This document shows positions 37,676 through 46,817 of a stretch of 64,000 nt of DNA, piece after piece. Under the pieces are notes generated by a model. That model worked only from the letters and a program-made list of their open reading frames with translations, did not search any database and was not told the origin of the DNA. The stretch lies in the sequence record MK308676.1; one strand, written 5' to 3'. Both the position numbers and the translations under genes were made by a program. The stretch's first letter is position 1; each line of letters begins with the position of its first letter.

Positions 37676-38758
37676 CTATTTGTTTATGTCAAATAAATCA
37701 TTAGATTCCTTGTCAGACATGATGTAGAAAACGTCCAGGACTTTACCGCAGTCCGTGAAGACTTGTTTAATGAAGCCGTCGCAACTAGTACGAACGGAGT
37801 TAAGTGGGTAGCCGACGCCGTCCTTATCGAAGACGATTAACTTCTTGACATTGGCAGCTGAGAAGTAGTTCTTCTTGTTTAACTCACGGAACTGAGACTC
37901 CAAAGATTCGAACTTCTCTCTTTCCTCATCCAGATAAGCATTTAGGTGCTTCTCGTTCAGTGGACGGAAATGGTACGGAATCCCAGGGCGAGAACAAACC
38001 GTGTGCCATTTTCTATCGTCTGCTTCCCAGTCGAAATTGTCAACGGTGCGGTATTTTCCGTCTTCGATTACTTTGAGGACACGATTGAGTTTAACCCAAC
38101 TCGGGTCTTTACTGCCATAGGTCATGTAGCCTTCTAGCTGTGTCTCTCCATCCAGACGAATTACAGTCTTAGGGTCTTCACAGACCTTCGCTACTGTATC
38201 GCCCGGTTTCCAGTCATGGAGTCGCATGAGGGTCTCTCGTTTACTCCAGTCTATCACGAAAGCCTTAACGAGAGAAGGAGCTAGCTCGCGAATTTCATCT
38301 TCGGAGATAGATAGCCAGTCCTTACCGATATGCGGACAAGATGTAGGTAGAACCGTCTTGCTCCAGATGTTACGAGGAATTCCATTGTCGGGAGACAAGT
38401 CAGGTATCCACGATTCAGGTAACCAGAACGGAGAGCCTGAATGAGAGTAAACCGCAGACAAACCATGTTTGCCATGTATGACAATCGGGATGCCCCGGTC
38501 GCCATGACAAAGGATTTCGCGATGCAGTACCATAGCTAAGAAAGCGCCAGTCTTGGTATAGCGCTCTACGAGATAGTCACTACTTAGAGAAACTAAAGTT
38601 GCTTCGTAAAGGTCTTCTTCATCGAAGTGCTTTGTGAGCGCCTTAACTTCTTCTGGGCGAATCTTCGAACGCGCTTCTATCTCGTTCTCCGCTTTCTTAA
38701 GGCGACGGGACATTCTCCATGCGTGGAACATACCTAGTAGGGATTCATCTTTAAACAT
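37676..38758 (-). CDS. Hypothetical protein
   Basis: 360-aa ORF. Confidence 0.75.
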   Translation of the reverse strand: MFKDESLLGMFHAWRMSRRLKKAENEIEARSKIRPEEVKALTKHFDEEDLYEATLVSLSSDYLVERYTKTGAFLAMVLHREILCHGDRGIPIVIHGKHGLSAVYSHSGSPFWLPESWIPDLSPDNGIPRNIWSKTVLPTSCPHIGKDWLSISEDEIRELAPSLVKAFVIDWSKRETLMRLHDWKPGDTVAKVCEDPKTVIRLDGETQLEGYMTYGSKDPSWVKLNRVLKVIEDGKYRTVDNFDWEADDRKWHTVCSRPGIPYHFRPLNEKHLNAYLDEEREKFESLESQFRELNKKNYFSAANVKKLIVFDKDGVGYPLNSVRTSCDGFIKQVFTDCGKVLDVFYIMSDKESNDLFDINK

Positions 38759-38765
38759 TTTCTAC

Positions 38766-39128
38766 TCACTTAGTTAGGGATTCTAAACTGCTAAAGTCAC
38801 GATTGCGTTCTCTAACGCCACCAATGCCTTTACCGTGTTTCTGAAGGATACGTGCGAAGTTTCGAGCGGCATGTGTCTCAGCTTGCTCCTCTTGGCATTT
38901 CTGGCAAGGGTAACTACTCTTCTGAACAAAGGCTCTAGCTGTCGCTGTGAATTCACCATGATGCATACAGACCGCTTTAACCATAGCGTTCGCATTTACC
39001 TTTTGGTCGGCCGGAATGAAGTAACGTTTAAGGTGTTCCTTCTCCGTTCTCATCCGTAGGGTTTTTAAGTCCCAAGGATAAACCTTGGGACGACCTTTCT
39101 TTCTCTTAGACAGAGATTCTAGGTTCAT
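38766..39128 (-). CDS. Zinc-ribbon protein (DUF723/CapR-like module found in homing endonucleases)
   Basis: VKAVCMHHGEF...YPCQKC pattern; no nuclease domain attached. Confidence 0.55.
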   Translation of the reverse strand: MNLESLSKRKKGRPKVYPWDLKTLRMRTEKEHLKRYFIPADQKVNANAMVKAVCMHHGEFTATARAFVQKSSYPCQKCQEEQAETHAARNFARILQKHGKGIGGVRERNRDFSSLESLTK

Positions 39129-39131
39129 GTG

Positions 39132-40082
39132 TTACTCCTTGATTAGAGAAAGACCTTCCATGAAATCTACGACTTTGTATGCATGAATGTGGCTGCGGAA
39201 CTTTTCATTCCAGTTGCTAAAGTCAGCCTCTACGCAAGAACGCTTACGGGAGCTAATGCTAAAGCCTTGTTCGCCATTACCCGAAACGAATGGCGCATAG
39301 TGGAACTCCGTTACAGTAGGTCCGTTACATTGGTTTACTCCACCGGAGAGTACCCATGCTACCTCGCCACCGCCAAAGTAAGTAGTTTCCGCGTACCAGT
39401 TCTTTCCGAACTTCTTACGCGCGTTACCCGGAACATTAACGTAATGACGTACAACTACGGCATCGTCCAGCAACATGTTGGTCTGTACCACTTCTAAGTC
39501 CCAGCCAGGTGTCCCATCTAGAACTTTGACGTAGTCTTCTTTCCATGTCCCTTGTTTAAAGACGTGCTCTGTTACAGCAACTTTAATGCTGGCAGAATCC
39601 AACACAGAAGTACGCTCTACGTCAATGTCGCGGTAGGTAAGCAGAATGTCATCGAAGAACAGAGGAGAACGTTCCAGTATCTCCTGTTGTTCGTTATCCA
39701 TGAAAACCTGACAACGGTACTGACCATCTTCATGGAAATCGAAATGTTCCTGAAGTCCATCTTTATCCCAGCTGTTGCGTATAGAGCTTCTATTCTCTAC
39801 GTTAATGGTAAAGGCATGGCCGGTAAAAGTCTGGCAAGTCAGGATAGGGTAGTTCATCGAGATGAGCCAGTTCTTGTCCGACAGAGCAAAGGTAGGCACT
39901 ACACTGCCGCCTAGGTTAACTACCGACGTCAGTAGTTCCAATAGAGGGCGACCAACTAAGGCACGGCTGTAGAAATCGTACGTGTTAACAGAAACATTAC
40001 CAAAGATAGTGACTAACCACAGTTGGTCAATCTTAGTTTCTTTAACATAGTCTAGAGCTTCTTGAGTGAAATGAATAGTCAT
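39132..40082 (-). CDS. Hypothetical protein, dispersed paralogue family
   Basis: 316 aa; SWDKDGLQE, FHEDGQYR hairpins; N-terminal L.G.PLLELL similar to 25703. Confidence 0.75.
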   Translation of the reverse strand: MTIHFTQEALDYVKETKIDQLWLVTIFGNVSVNTYDFYSRALVGRPLLELLTSVVNLGGSVVPTFALSDKNWLISMNYPILTCQTFTGHAFTINVENRSSIRNSWDKDGLQEHFDFHEDGQYRCQVFMDNEQQEILERSPLFFDDILLTYRDIDVERTSVLDSASIKVAVTEHVFKQGTWKEDYVKVLDGTPGWDLEVVQTNMLLDDAVVVRHYVNVPGNARKKFGKNWYAETTYFGGGEVAWVLSGGVNQCNGPTVTEFHYAPFVSGNGEQGFSISSRKRSCVEADFSNWNEKFRSHIHAYKVVDFMEGLSLIKE

Positions 40083-40800
40083 AAGGGGTTTCCTTCTTAA
40101 ACGAATAAACTAAAGGGGTTTCCTTTAGATAGGGAGTGAGCGCATTAATGCGGCTCGGTTAGCTTCTTTGGCTTCGGACTTAGCATGTGCTGAGCGATTG
40201 TCCTTACCGATGTGAGAACCGGTCTTATTGTAGCTGGACTGATAGCGGTGGTTCTTGATGGTGAAACGACGACTCTTAAAAACATCAAAGACGGCCTTAT
40301 TCTTCTCAAGTAAAGAGTAACGTTCAGTCCAGACGACATGGTGTTTTTGAACTTTGCCCATGAGACTAATAAGGCGATTGAGGTCAACCCATGGAGACCA
40401 ACGCGCTCGGAGCTGATGCATGCATGGAGGCTTAGTGCCATATGTAAAAGTTTCATCCCAATTAATAACCGGGCCGTCTTTCTCTATGTCGTCGAATGTA
40501 CCGCAAACCACGCCGCTATTGTCGACATGTTCGCGGTTTTCAATCCATCGAAACATCCATTTACCTTCTCGAAACTCACACTGCATATTGTGGTATATGT
40601 CCCATACCTGCACGACTGTGCAGTCTTTCAAGAAACGTTCCATCCGAGGATATTGTTGAGCGTTTGTCGCAGCCTTCTTAGCCTCCGCTTTATGGACGTC
40701 GCGTGAGGTAATCGTCTTCCCTGCACACTTATCTTTACTGCGGATAGTTCGTATACGCATAAGGGTTTTCCTTAAAAGAAAAGACCAGAGGGGTTTCCTC
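40083..40800. repeat. Four near-identical 13-bp direct repeats AAGGGGTTTCCTT flanking gene 40125..40760
   Basis: Copies at 40083, 40113, 40761 (1 mismatch) and 40788 (2 mismatches). Confidence 0.7.
40125..40760 (-). CDS. Hypothetical protein
   Basis: 211-aa ORF, AAGGAA RBS. Confidence 0.7.
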   Translation of the reverse strand: MRIRTIRSKDKCAGKTITSRDVHKAEAKKAATNAQQYPRMERFLKDCTVVQVWDIYHNMQCEFREGKWMFRWIENREHVDNSGVVCGTFDDIEKDGPVINWDETFTYGTKPPCMHQLRARWSPWVDLNRLISLMGKVQKHHVVWTERYSLLEKNKAVFDVFKSRRFTIKNHRYQSSYNKTGSHIGKDNRSAHAKSEAKEANRAALMRSLPI

Positions 40801-40814
40801 CGGCCTGTTTGGGT

Positions 40815-41417
40815 CTATAGTACGTAAAGGTTAGATAGGTCGGAGTTCGCACGTAGGCAAATGTGCTCTTTCCCGTCTTCTTTTACGTAGACTACGATAT
40901 TGCAGAGTTGCTCTTCGGTTACGTTCAGTGCCAAAGATGTTTCAGTACTGTCGTATAGAATAACTCCATGTTTGGTAGGTACCAAATTGTCATAGGGCGT
41001 CTCAATAAAAGGAGTATCCCATAGCTTAGAGAAAGCCATTATGAGCTCATCCTGAAGAGACGCTACGACGTGGCCAAAACCACGGTCGTGAATGTTGTGC
41101 GACATGTAAAGGACAGACTTCCCTTCCTTTACGTGAGCGCGGAACTTAAACTTAAGCGGCCATAGGTTCTTGTTCTGCAAGAGGTTCTGCATAGCAATTT
41201 CCAGATGAGTAGCCACATAAGGCAAGCTCAGTACTTTACGGTCTATTTCAAAAAGGACCGTTGAAGACTCACTGACCTTATCCTTAGCCGCATGAATGAT
41301 TTGCTTCGCCGTTACGTCATGCCTTAAGATGTTACGGGTTGCTTCATCGACGTATGTGAGCTTATCGCTAAGGTTCACAGTGGACGTCTGACAGTAAGGT
41401 TGCTTTTTACTTAGCAT
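40815..41417 (-). CDS. Hypothetical protein
   Basis: About 200-aa ORF; start moved to 41417 on RBS spacing. Confidence 0.7.
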   Translation of the reverse strand: MLSKKQPYCQTSTVNLSDKLTYVDEATRNILRHDVTAKQIIHAAKDKVSESSTVLFEIDRKVLSLPYVATHLEIAMQNLLQNKNLWPLKFKFRAHVKEGKSVLYMSHNIHDRGFGHVVASLQDELIMAFSKLWDTPFIETPYDNLVPTKHGVILYDSTETSLALNVTEEQLCNIVVYVKEDGKEHICLRANSDLSNLYVL

Positions 41418-41616
41418 TATCTTCATTCTCCATTACGTTAGAGATGCGCGTGAAGCTATCTGCGGTTAGACCTGCCTGTATCACTACAGAGTAAAGAGAA
41501 GGGCGCGGCGACATAACAGGCATGTTGCCTGAGTTCGCCATGTTTTCCCATGTTGCTAGTTCGCCCTTGTAGAAGTTAAGGGCGGACTGTTCTTTAGTCG
41601 TTAATGTTTGTTGCAT
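41407..41616 (-). CDS. Hypothetical protein
   Basis: 69-aa ORF bridging its neighbours. Confidence 0.55.
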   Translation of the reverse strand: MQQTLTTKEQSALNFYKGELATWENMANSGNMPVMSPRPSLYSVVIQAGLTADSFTRISNVMENEDNAK

Positions 41617-41914
41617 CTTCCAAGCTCTTCCTTAGATATTGTCCCACCAGGGAATCATTGTCTTTGCGGATTCTGGCACGTCTTTCCTCTTCCTCTTTTA
41701 TTTCAGCTTGAGGAAGTTTTACTTTAATGTGCCAGTAATAAACCGGCCACACCAGGAAGGCATCGATAAAACCGATTACCCAAAAGATGCCGCCGCCTGT
41801 TACATGCGTTAGGCCTGAGAATAAACAGATAAGGCCTAACACAGTATAGATGAAGAGGAAGACCAGCATGTACTGGTCTAACAACTCTATCTCTTTTTCT
41901 ATTCTCTTGGGCAT
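41594..41914 (-). CDS. Two-TM membrane protein
   Basis: Two hydrophobic segments followed by a charged tail. Confidence 0.65.
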   Translation of the reverse strand: MPKRIEKEIELLDQYMLVFLFIYTVLGLICLFSGLTHVTGGGIFWVIGFIDAFLVWPVYYWHIKVKLPQAEIKEEEERRARIRKDNDSLVGQYLRKSLEDATNIND

Positions 41915-42219
41915 AAACCGATTAGCTCCAAACCGAGTTGCTTACAGATGAAAGCACCGCGTTCCCTAATCTGCACACAGGCGTAGGAACACTGCATTCT
42001 GGCTTCTTCCGGCGTATCCGCTATCTCTTCTAAAGCTAGCTTATGGACATAACTCTCGTACCACACCTTACCACGCAAAGCAGCAGTAGTCGTATCGCGT
42101 CGGTCAACTTCTTCTTCCCAGAACACGTACGGTACCGCTACTTGCAAATAAGTAAGCACTAGAGAGACCAGAATAATTATCCAACCGAGGTCAGGATTAT
42201 TTAGAAAAGAATCTATCAT
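41899..42219 (-). CDS. Single-TM membrane protein
   Basis: Start moved to MIDSF at 42219; LGWIIILVSLVLTYL. Confidence 0.6.
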   Translation of the reverse strand: MIDSFLNNPDLGWIIILVSLVLTYLQVAVPYVFWEEEVDRRDTTTAALRGKVWYESYVHKLALEEIADTPEEARMQCSYACVQIRERGAFICKQLGLELIGLCPRE

Positions 42220-43009
42220 ACTCTTTGTCCTCTTTCTGCTTGTGTGCCAAGTTATCGAGCCAGAATAGCTCATGTTGAAGTTCACGGGTACCGCGTAGCC
42301 AGTGAATGCGCTCTAGGCCGTCATTGAACATTAGTCGGTCGACATCGATAAAGTAAGTAGTGCGGTCAGCATCTAAGACTTCATCGCCTACAGGCTCACG
42401 TGTCTCTTCCGTTACCACACAGTTACCAAAGACATCGCGCAACATAATTGCCACACTGCCTTGCAGGATATGAGCAGACTTAATGTTGTTCTGCTCATCG
42501 CGCTGTACGTGGAAACCACGGTGGTCATTCACGCGTACTTTACCGCGAGGTTTCAGAGGACCACGTTCCAACGGGTTCGTGTAGTCTAAGAAAGGCGGAG
42601 TATCTTTACCTTTCTCGATAGTCCCTTTAACTTCAGCTAAGAAGTCTTCGTAGTCGGCCATGAAGTTAGCACCGCTTTCTTCCATCATGGATAGGATGAA
42701 GCGAGCGTCAACAACTATATTTACGTGGGCGCCGTCGCAGTTACAATCCTTAGCTTCCAGAGCAGAGTTAGTAATAGCCACGTTACGACTACGCAGAATA
42801 TTGCGACCTGATGCCTTGACGTGGTTGTCGATTTCCGCCTTAGCTTCCTCTAGCTCTTCCAGGAGCTGACATAAGCCTCCCCATTCACGCTCGGCTGCTA
42901 GTTCTTCAGCTCGGGAGTCTAGTTGACCGCTCAACCAAACATTGCTTTTACCGTTTAGATGACGGATACGGTCTTTTGTTTTAGCGATAAGTGCATTTAA
43001 CTTTTCCAT
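42197..43009 (-). CDS. Hypothetical protein
   Basis: 270-aa ORF, GAGG RBS. Confidence 0.75.
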   Translation of the reverse strand: MEKLNALIAKTKDRIRHLNGKSNVWLSGQLDSRAEELAAEREWGGLCQLLEELEEAKAEIDNHVKASGRNILRSRNVAITNSALEAKDCNCDGAHVNIVVDARFILSMMEESGANFMADYEDFLAEVKGTIEKGKDTPPFLDYTNPLERGPLKPRGKVRVNDHRGFHVQRDEQNNIKSAHILQGSVAIMLRDVFGNCVVTEETREPVGDEVLDADRTTYFIDVDRLMFNDGLERIHWLRGTRELQHELFWLDNLAHKQKEDKEYDRFFSK

Positions 43010-43021
43010 GATGTACCTCTC

Positions 43022-44068
43022 TTACTTAGCTACTTTAAAGTTACCACGACGAACTTCCATGTACTTGCGTTGTTCGTCATTAGGTTCACAGAACCCAGTT
43101 AAAGGATAGTCGGCCTCATAGCGAGTAGATGAGTGGCCGCCATGTAAACGTTCAAAGCCCATACATTCCAAATGGTCCGAAATGAGCGTTTGGAAACCAT
43201 GCCAATACACAAGCTTATTCTTATAAGTGTGTAAGGCACCGTTCTCTACAGCTTCAACGAAATCGCGGCGTAGTTTAACACGTGAACGCCAACGACTGTA
43301 GAAGTCTAATTCCAGACGACGTTTATCCGTTGGGCTCATGGTAGCTTCTTTTAGTAAGTCTGAGAAGCGACGCTCCAAACGGATGTACGTATCTAAGTCA
43401 GGATTCTCGAAGTGTTCAGTGGAGTGAGAGTGCACTGCAAGACCTAAAGGAATTGTAAGTGGTCGTCCCCAACCGCGACAAATCTCTACTGGTTTTGCAG
43501 TAGCTACATATTCGCGTAAGCGCTCAACGATAGCACGCTTAGCCAGTTTGTAGTCGTGGCGAGCGATAGGAATTGAAATGCGTTCCCATTCGCCGTTCTC
43601 TAGAACAACCATACCTGCCCCTGTTTCTTTCTGGAAGATGGAAACAGTATGGTTTTCTTCGTAACAGCCTTCGCCGTCATAGAACGTGTTGTCATGAATG
43701 GCAAAAGCTAGGTCATGGCCTTTCAAGTAGTCGTCTAATCCGACAGCAGTTCGTGCAATTGGCGTGAACTCTTTCCCGGCTTGGAAGTCTAGCCATTGTT
43801 TCTCAGCTACACCTTCAAACTTAAAGTAGTACATTCCCAAAGGACGAATATGGCCAGGATTAACTTTAATGGTGCGACCGCCGTGTAGCTCCATACGTAG
43901 AAGAGTACGGTTCTCTAGGTTAGCGCTCCATTCACCGAACACTAACAGACTATCGATTTTAAACGTGCCTTCCTGCCAAATCTGAAGGTAGACGGTAACA
44001 TTGGTTTGAGAAAGGAAGCGCAGGACTTCCGGTACGCTTTGCTCATCGAGCATAATAGAAGTTGACAT
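43022..44068 (-). CDS. Hypothetical protein
   Basis: 348-aa ORF, GAGG RBS. Confidence 0.75.
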   Translation of the reverse strand: MSTSIMLDEQSVPEVLRFLSQTNVTVYLQIWQEGTFKIDSLLVFGEWSANLENRTLLRMELHGGRTIKVNPGHIRPLGMYYFKFEGVAEKQWLDFQAGKEFTPIARTAVGLDDYLKGHDLAFAIHDNTFYDGEGCYEENHTVSIFQKETGAGMVVLENGEWERISIPIARHDYKLAKRAIVERLREYVATAKPVEICRGWGRPLTIPLGLAVHSHSTEHFENPDLDTYIRLERRFSDLLKEATMSPTDKRRLELDFYSRWRSRVKLRRDFVEAVENGALHTYKNKLVYWHGFQTLISDHLECMGFERLHGGHSSTRYEADYPLTGFCEPNDEQRKYMEVRRGNFKVAK

Positions 44069-44079
44069 AGTGACCTCTT

Positions 44080-44550
44080 TTATTTAAGGAATGTTTGAAG
44101 CGACTTGGCGATGATGTTGATTTCGTCCATGTCTAAAGGTACCTTCCAAGACTCACAGATAGGCTCAAGGTTATTGTAGATGATTGCGGCTTCACCCTCA
44201 AGGTCTTGGTAGACAAAGTCATGAGCGTGGCCGTACTTATCGTCTTCATCCCAACGCTTTTCCCACGATGCTCCGTCTTCATCTAGGCCGTAGATATCGA
44301 AACGGTTATTATCCAGATAGACAACCACATGAGAAAGAACCTTCTCGAAAAGTTCTCCGTCTTCGTCTTTCTCTTCACGGTAGATGATGGAAATGGATGC
44401 ATCGTGTCGCTCGTTTAGAGCACAAAGTCTAACCAGTGCCATTGCAAACTCGGCACAGTGACCTGAAGAGAAATGTTCTTCTAGGTCCGAATCTTCACCT
44501 GCTTTATAGTCGCAGATACAAGCATTTAGACGTTCACTGAAAGTAGCCAT
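44080..44550 (-). CDS. Putative papain/transglutaminase-fold protein
   Basis: GHCAEFAMAL...HVVV...FDIYG gives a Cys-His-Asp arrangement. Confidence 0.45.
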   Translation of the reverse strand: MATFSERLNACICDYKAGEDSDLEEHFSSGHCAEFAMALVRLCALNERHDASISIIYREEKDEDGELFEKVLSHVVVYLDNNRFDIYGLDEDGASWEKRWDEDDKYGHAHDFVYQDLEGEAAIIYNNLEPICESWKVPLDMDEINIIAKSLQTFLK

Positions 44551-44551
44551 A

Positions 44552-45001
44552 TTAACCTCGGTCTTCCACTTCTAGACTACGATAAAGAATTTCACGACCA
44601 CAGCCTTCATTGTCAGAGTTCTCTCCGGATAGCAGAAAGCCCGATTCATTGAAGACTTTAATCTCCTGATGCCAGTCTGGTTTTGTATCCTTTACAAGAA
44701 TTGACTTGGTGATATTCTCTTTGGCGTCGATGAGGAGTTCTCGGTACATGTCGCCATCGCTCGCTAATGCGAAAGTGATGCGAGTTTCCTCGGTAGACGT
44801 TTCCCAGTTAATCTGGATTACTTTAGACATTAGTGTCTGGTTCTTAAGGCGACCTACGTTGTAAGTGGCGCCTAAGAATTCTTCCATCGTTGCTGAACCC
44901 AGGACACTCTCGACCAACAGTAGGTCGTATTGGTCAAACCCAATGAGGTTAGCGAAAGCGTAGATTGCAGATGATGGTACTTTTGAAGTTGGAGTTAACA
45001 T
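44552..45001 (-). CDS. Hypothetical protein, short member of dispersed paralogue family
   Basis: LIGFDQYDLLL...LG....EFL N-terminus and VFNESGFLL hairpin. Confidence 0.65.
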   Translation of the reverse strand: MLTPTSKVPSSAIYAFANLIGFDQYDLLLVESVLGSATMEEFLGATYNVGRLKNQTLMSKVIQINWETSTEETRITFALASDGDMYRELLIDAKENITKSILVKDTKPDWHQEIKVFNESGFLLSGENSDNEGCGREILYRSLEVEDRG

Positions 45002-45163
45002 CGGTTATTTCCTTTTAAGTTAAAATGGTTAAGCATCGGCTTAACAGAGAAAAGGGAGGTACTAGCGATATGCGTTCCCTCCCGATTTTATTTAAATGGC
45101 TCTTACTAATACTATGCTAGGAACTAGTGGCCTAACCGTGTTTACGGCAGACCACTAACTTCT

Positions 45164-45370
45164 TTATAGTCTGTTTAACCAGTACCACAATAGGAGATAA
45201 CCTACTGTGGGCAGGATAACGCCAGAACTAATGGCAGCTACGCCGACCGACTTTGCAAAGAAGCCGGAAAGCTGGATAATCTCGAAGCCGTGGATGACCT
45301 GAGTTAATCCTTTATATAGCCACCAAAAGAACTGGACAAACAGAGTTAAAGATTTACCGAGCATACGCAT
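45164..45370 (-). CDS. Small membrane protein
   Basis: Hydrophobic 68 aa; GAGGAG RBS before ATG 45370. Confidence 0.55.
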   Translation of the reverse strand: MRMLGKSLTLFVQFFWWLYKGLTQVIHGFEIIQLSGFFAKSVGVAAISSGVILPTVGYLLLWYWLNRL

Positions 45371-45460
45371 CAGAAATCTCCTCATCAGGAGTAAGCCCTC
45401 GCCCTAAGGACGCTCGAACGTCCTTAGGGCATTCTGCTTTTTATCTAAAGCATCGGTATG

Positions 45461-45471
45461 GTAATATAGGT
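45461..45471 (-). promoter_or_regulatory. Putative phage early promoter ACCTATATTAC
   Basis: Exact repeat at the head of the long minus-strand block. Confidence 0.6.
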
Positions 45472-45485
45472 TTTATTTTTAACTG

Positions 45486-45494
45486 AATCTTATG
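45486..45494 (+). promoter_or_regulatory. Putative late promoter AATCTTATG
   Basis: Exact repeat, 30 nt before ATG 45524, back-to-back with the early motif. Confidence 0.45.
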
Positions 45495-45523
45495 ACTTGT
45501 TAACCATTACAGGAAATATAACA

Positions 45524-46252
45524 ATGCAAAACGGTTTCAAACATCGCTCAATGGCGTACTGGCGTCAGGTGAGTAAGGGATTAAGTGCAGGCGCTCTAGT
45601 TGGTGCCGATGCTAATGACCTGCCAGGTGGCGCAGTGCATCCAATCGATGAATTAATGCGACCGCTTACAGGTAACGTGGAAATTGCAGGTTGGAAGATG
45701 GAAGGCACCGAGCCTCAAGAGAATACGCTATCGTACTCTCTGGCTACAGCTAACACCATCGAAGATTCGCTAGCAAACATCGACATCGAGTTCGACCCAG
45801 CTGAATTCGTACCAGGTCAGTTACTACGCTGGCGCATGGGTTTCTCCATCGAACCGGACGACCTTAAGCGCGTTACGACATCGCATCTAGTGTGGGGACT
45901 AGGGCAGACCAACAGTAAGGCCGATGGTGGCTGGACTATCGTATGTGAAAACGAGGTCTTAGACTGTGTAGTGGATGTCATCTTTGAGATGCGCACCGAC
46001 GGCGCGGATAACTACAGTTTCCGTGTCTTCGACTACAGCATCCAGGCAGGTGCCTTCAACGGTAAGCTACCTGAAATTGAATTCAACGTTCGCGGCGGTG
46101 GTCTGCGCGACCTTGACTCTAAGGCAAACCTTACTATGGGCCTTAATGTCGAAGCCCCGGAGACTGGCGCCCTAAACGTTAAGTTTACCCAACACTTCAT
46201 CGAACTGGATACAGTCGAGAAGATGCAAGAAGCAGCACTAGCTCTTCTTTAA
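45524..46252 (+). CDS. Putative virion structural protein
   Basis: Acidic beta-rich singleton gene with late-like promoter and its own terminator (46257-46284). Confidence 0.65.
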   Translation: MQNGFKHRSMAYWRQVSKGLSAGALVGADANDLPGGAVHPIDELMRPLTGNVEIAGWKMEGTEPQENTLSYSLATANTIEDSLANIDIEFDPAEFVPGQLLRWRMGFSIEPDDLKRVTTSHLVWGLGQTNSKADGGWTIVCENEVLDCVVDVIFEMRTDGADNYSFRVFDYSIQAGAFNGKLPEIEFNVRGGGLRDLDSKANLTMGLNVEAPETGALNVKFTQHFIELDTVEKMQEAALALL

Positions 46253-46334
46253 AAGACTCCCTCTCTATCTTCGGATAGGGAGGGGTCCTTTTTAACCGCC
46301 TATTGAAATCTCATAGCTAAATAGGAGAACCATT

Positions 46335-46817
46335 GTGGATTTAAAAAACTTAAAAGACCTCAAGAACATTCAGGAGGTCCCCTGGAAAGGAGACGGGCGT
46401 TCCCGCTTCTTCCGCAAGATACCATGTGTGATGTTGAATCGCCATTCGTGGGTTTTTGATACCAAGAAGCTAGACTCCAACCAGAAAGCCTTTACGTACA
46501 CTTACTGTCAGCACTGCGGCATTCCGCATATCGTCTTTTCTAAGAAGTTGCAGAACGTTGCACTGCCTGCGACACAATGTCACATTACAGCCATCGAACC
46601 CAAGACAGGTTATGCTTTTAATCTTAAAGTGCTAGATGTAAACTATGATACTGGAGTAGGTTTGGTTAAGGTGTGGCGCGGTAACGCTTATTCTAAAGAG
46701 CGCTTTATCCAGCTCTACAATCTAAGAGACTGGAGCTACGTACACGACGATTTCCTAAACTTGCGTAATTGGGAAATCGAAAGAGAAATCGAACTACTGA
46801 GGGAACGCAACGCATGA
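46335..46817 (+). CDS. Hypothetical protein
   Basis: GTG after AGGAG; C..H...CxxC motif. Confidence 0.7.
   Translation: MDLKNLKDLKNIQEVPWKGDGRSRFFRKIPCVMLNRHSWVFDTKKLDSNQKAFTYTYCQHCGIPHIVFSKKLQNVALPATQCHITAIEPKTGYAFNLKVLDVNYDTGVGLVKVWRGNAYSKERFIQLYNLRDWSYVHDDFLNLRNWEIEREIELLRERNA

Noticed and set aside
38766-39128. Mobile homing endonuclease
   Set aside because: Only the zinc-ribbon DNA-binding module is present; no HNH, GIY-YIG or very-short-patch nuclease motif.
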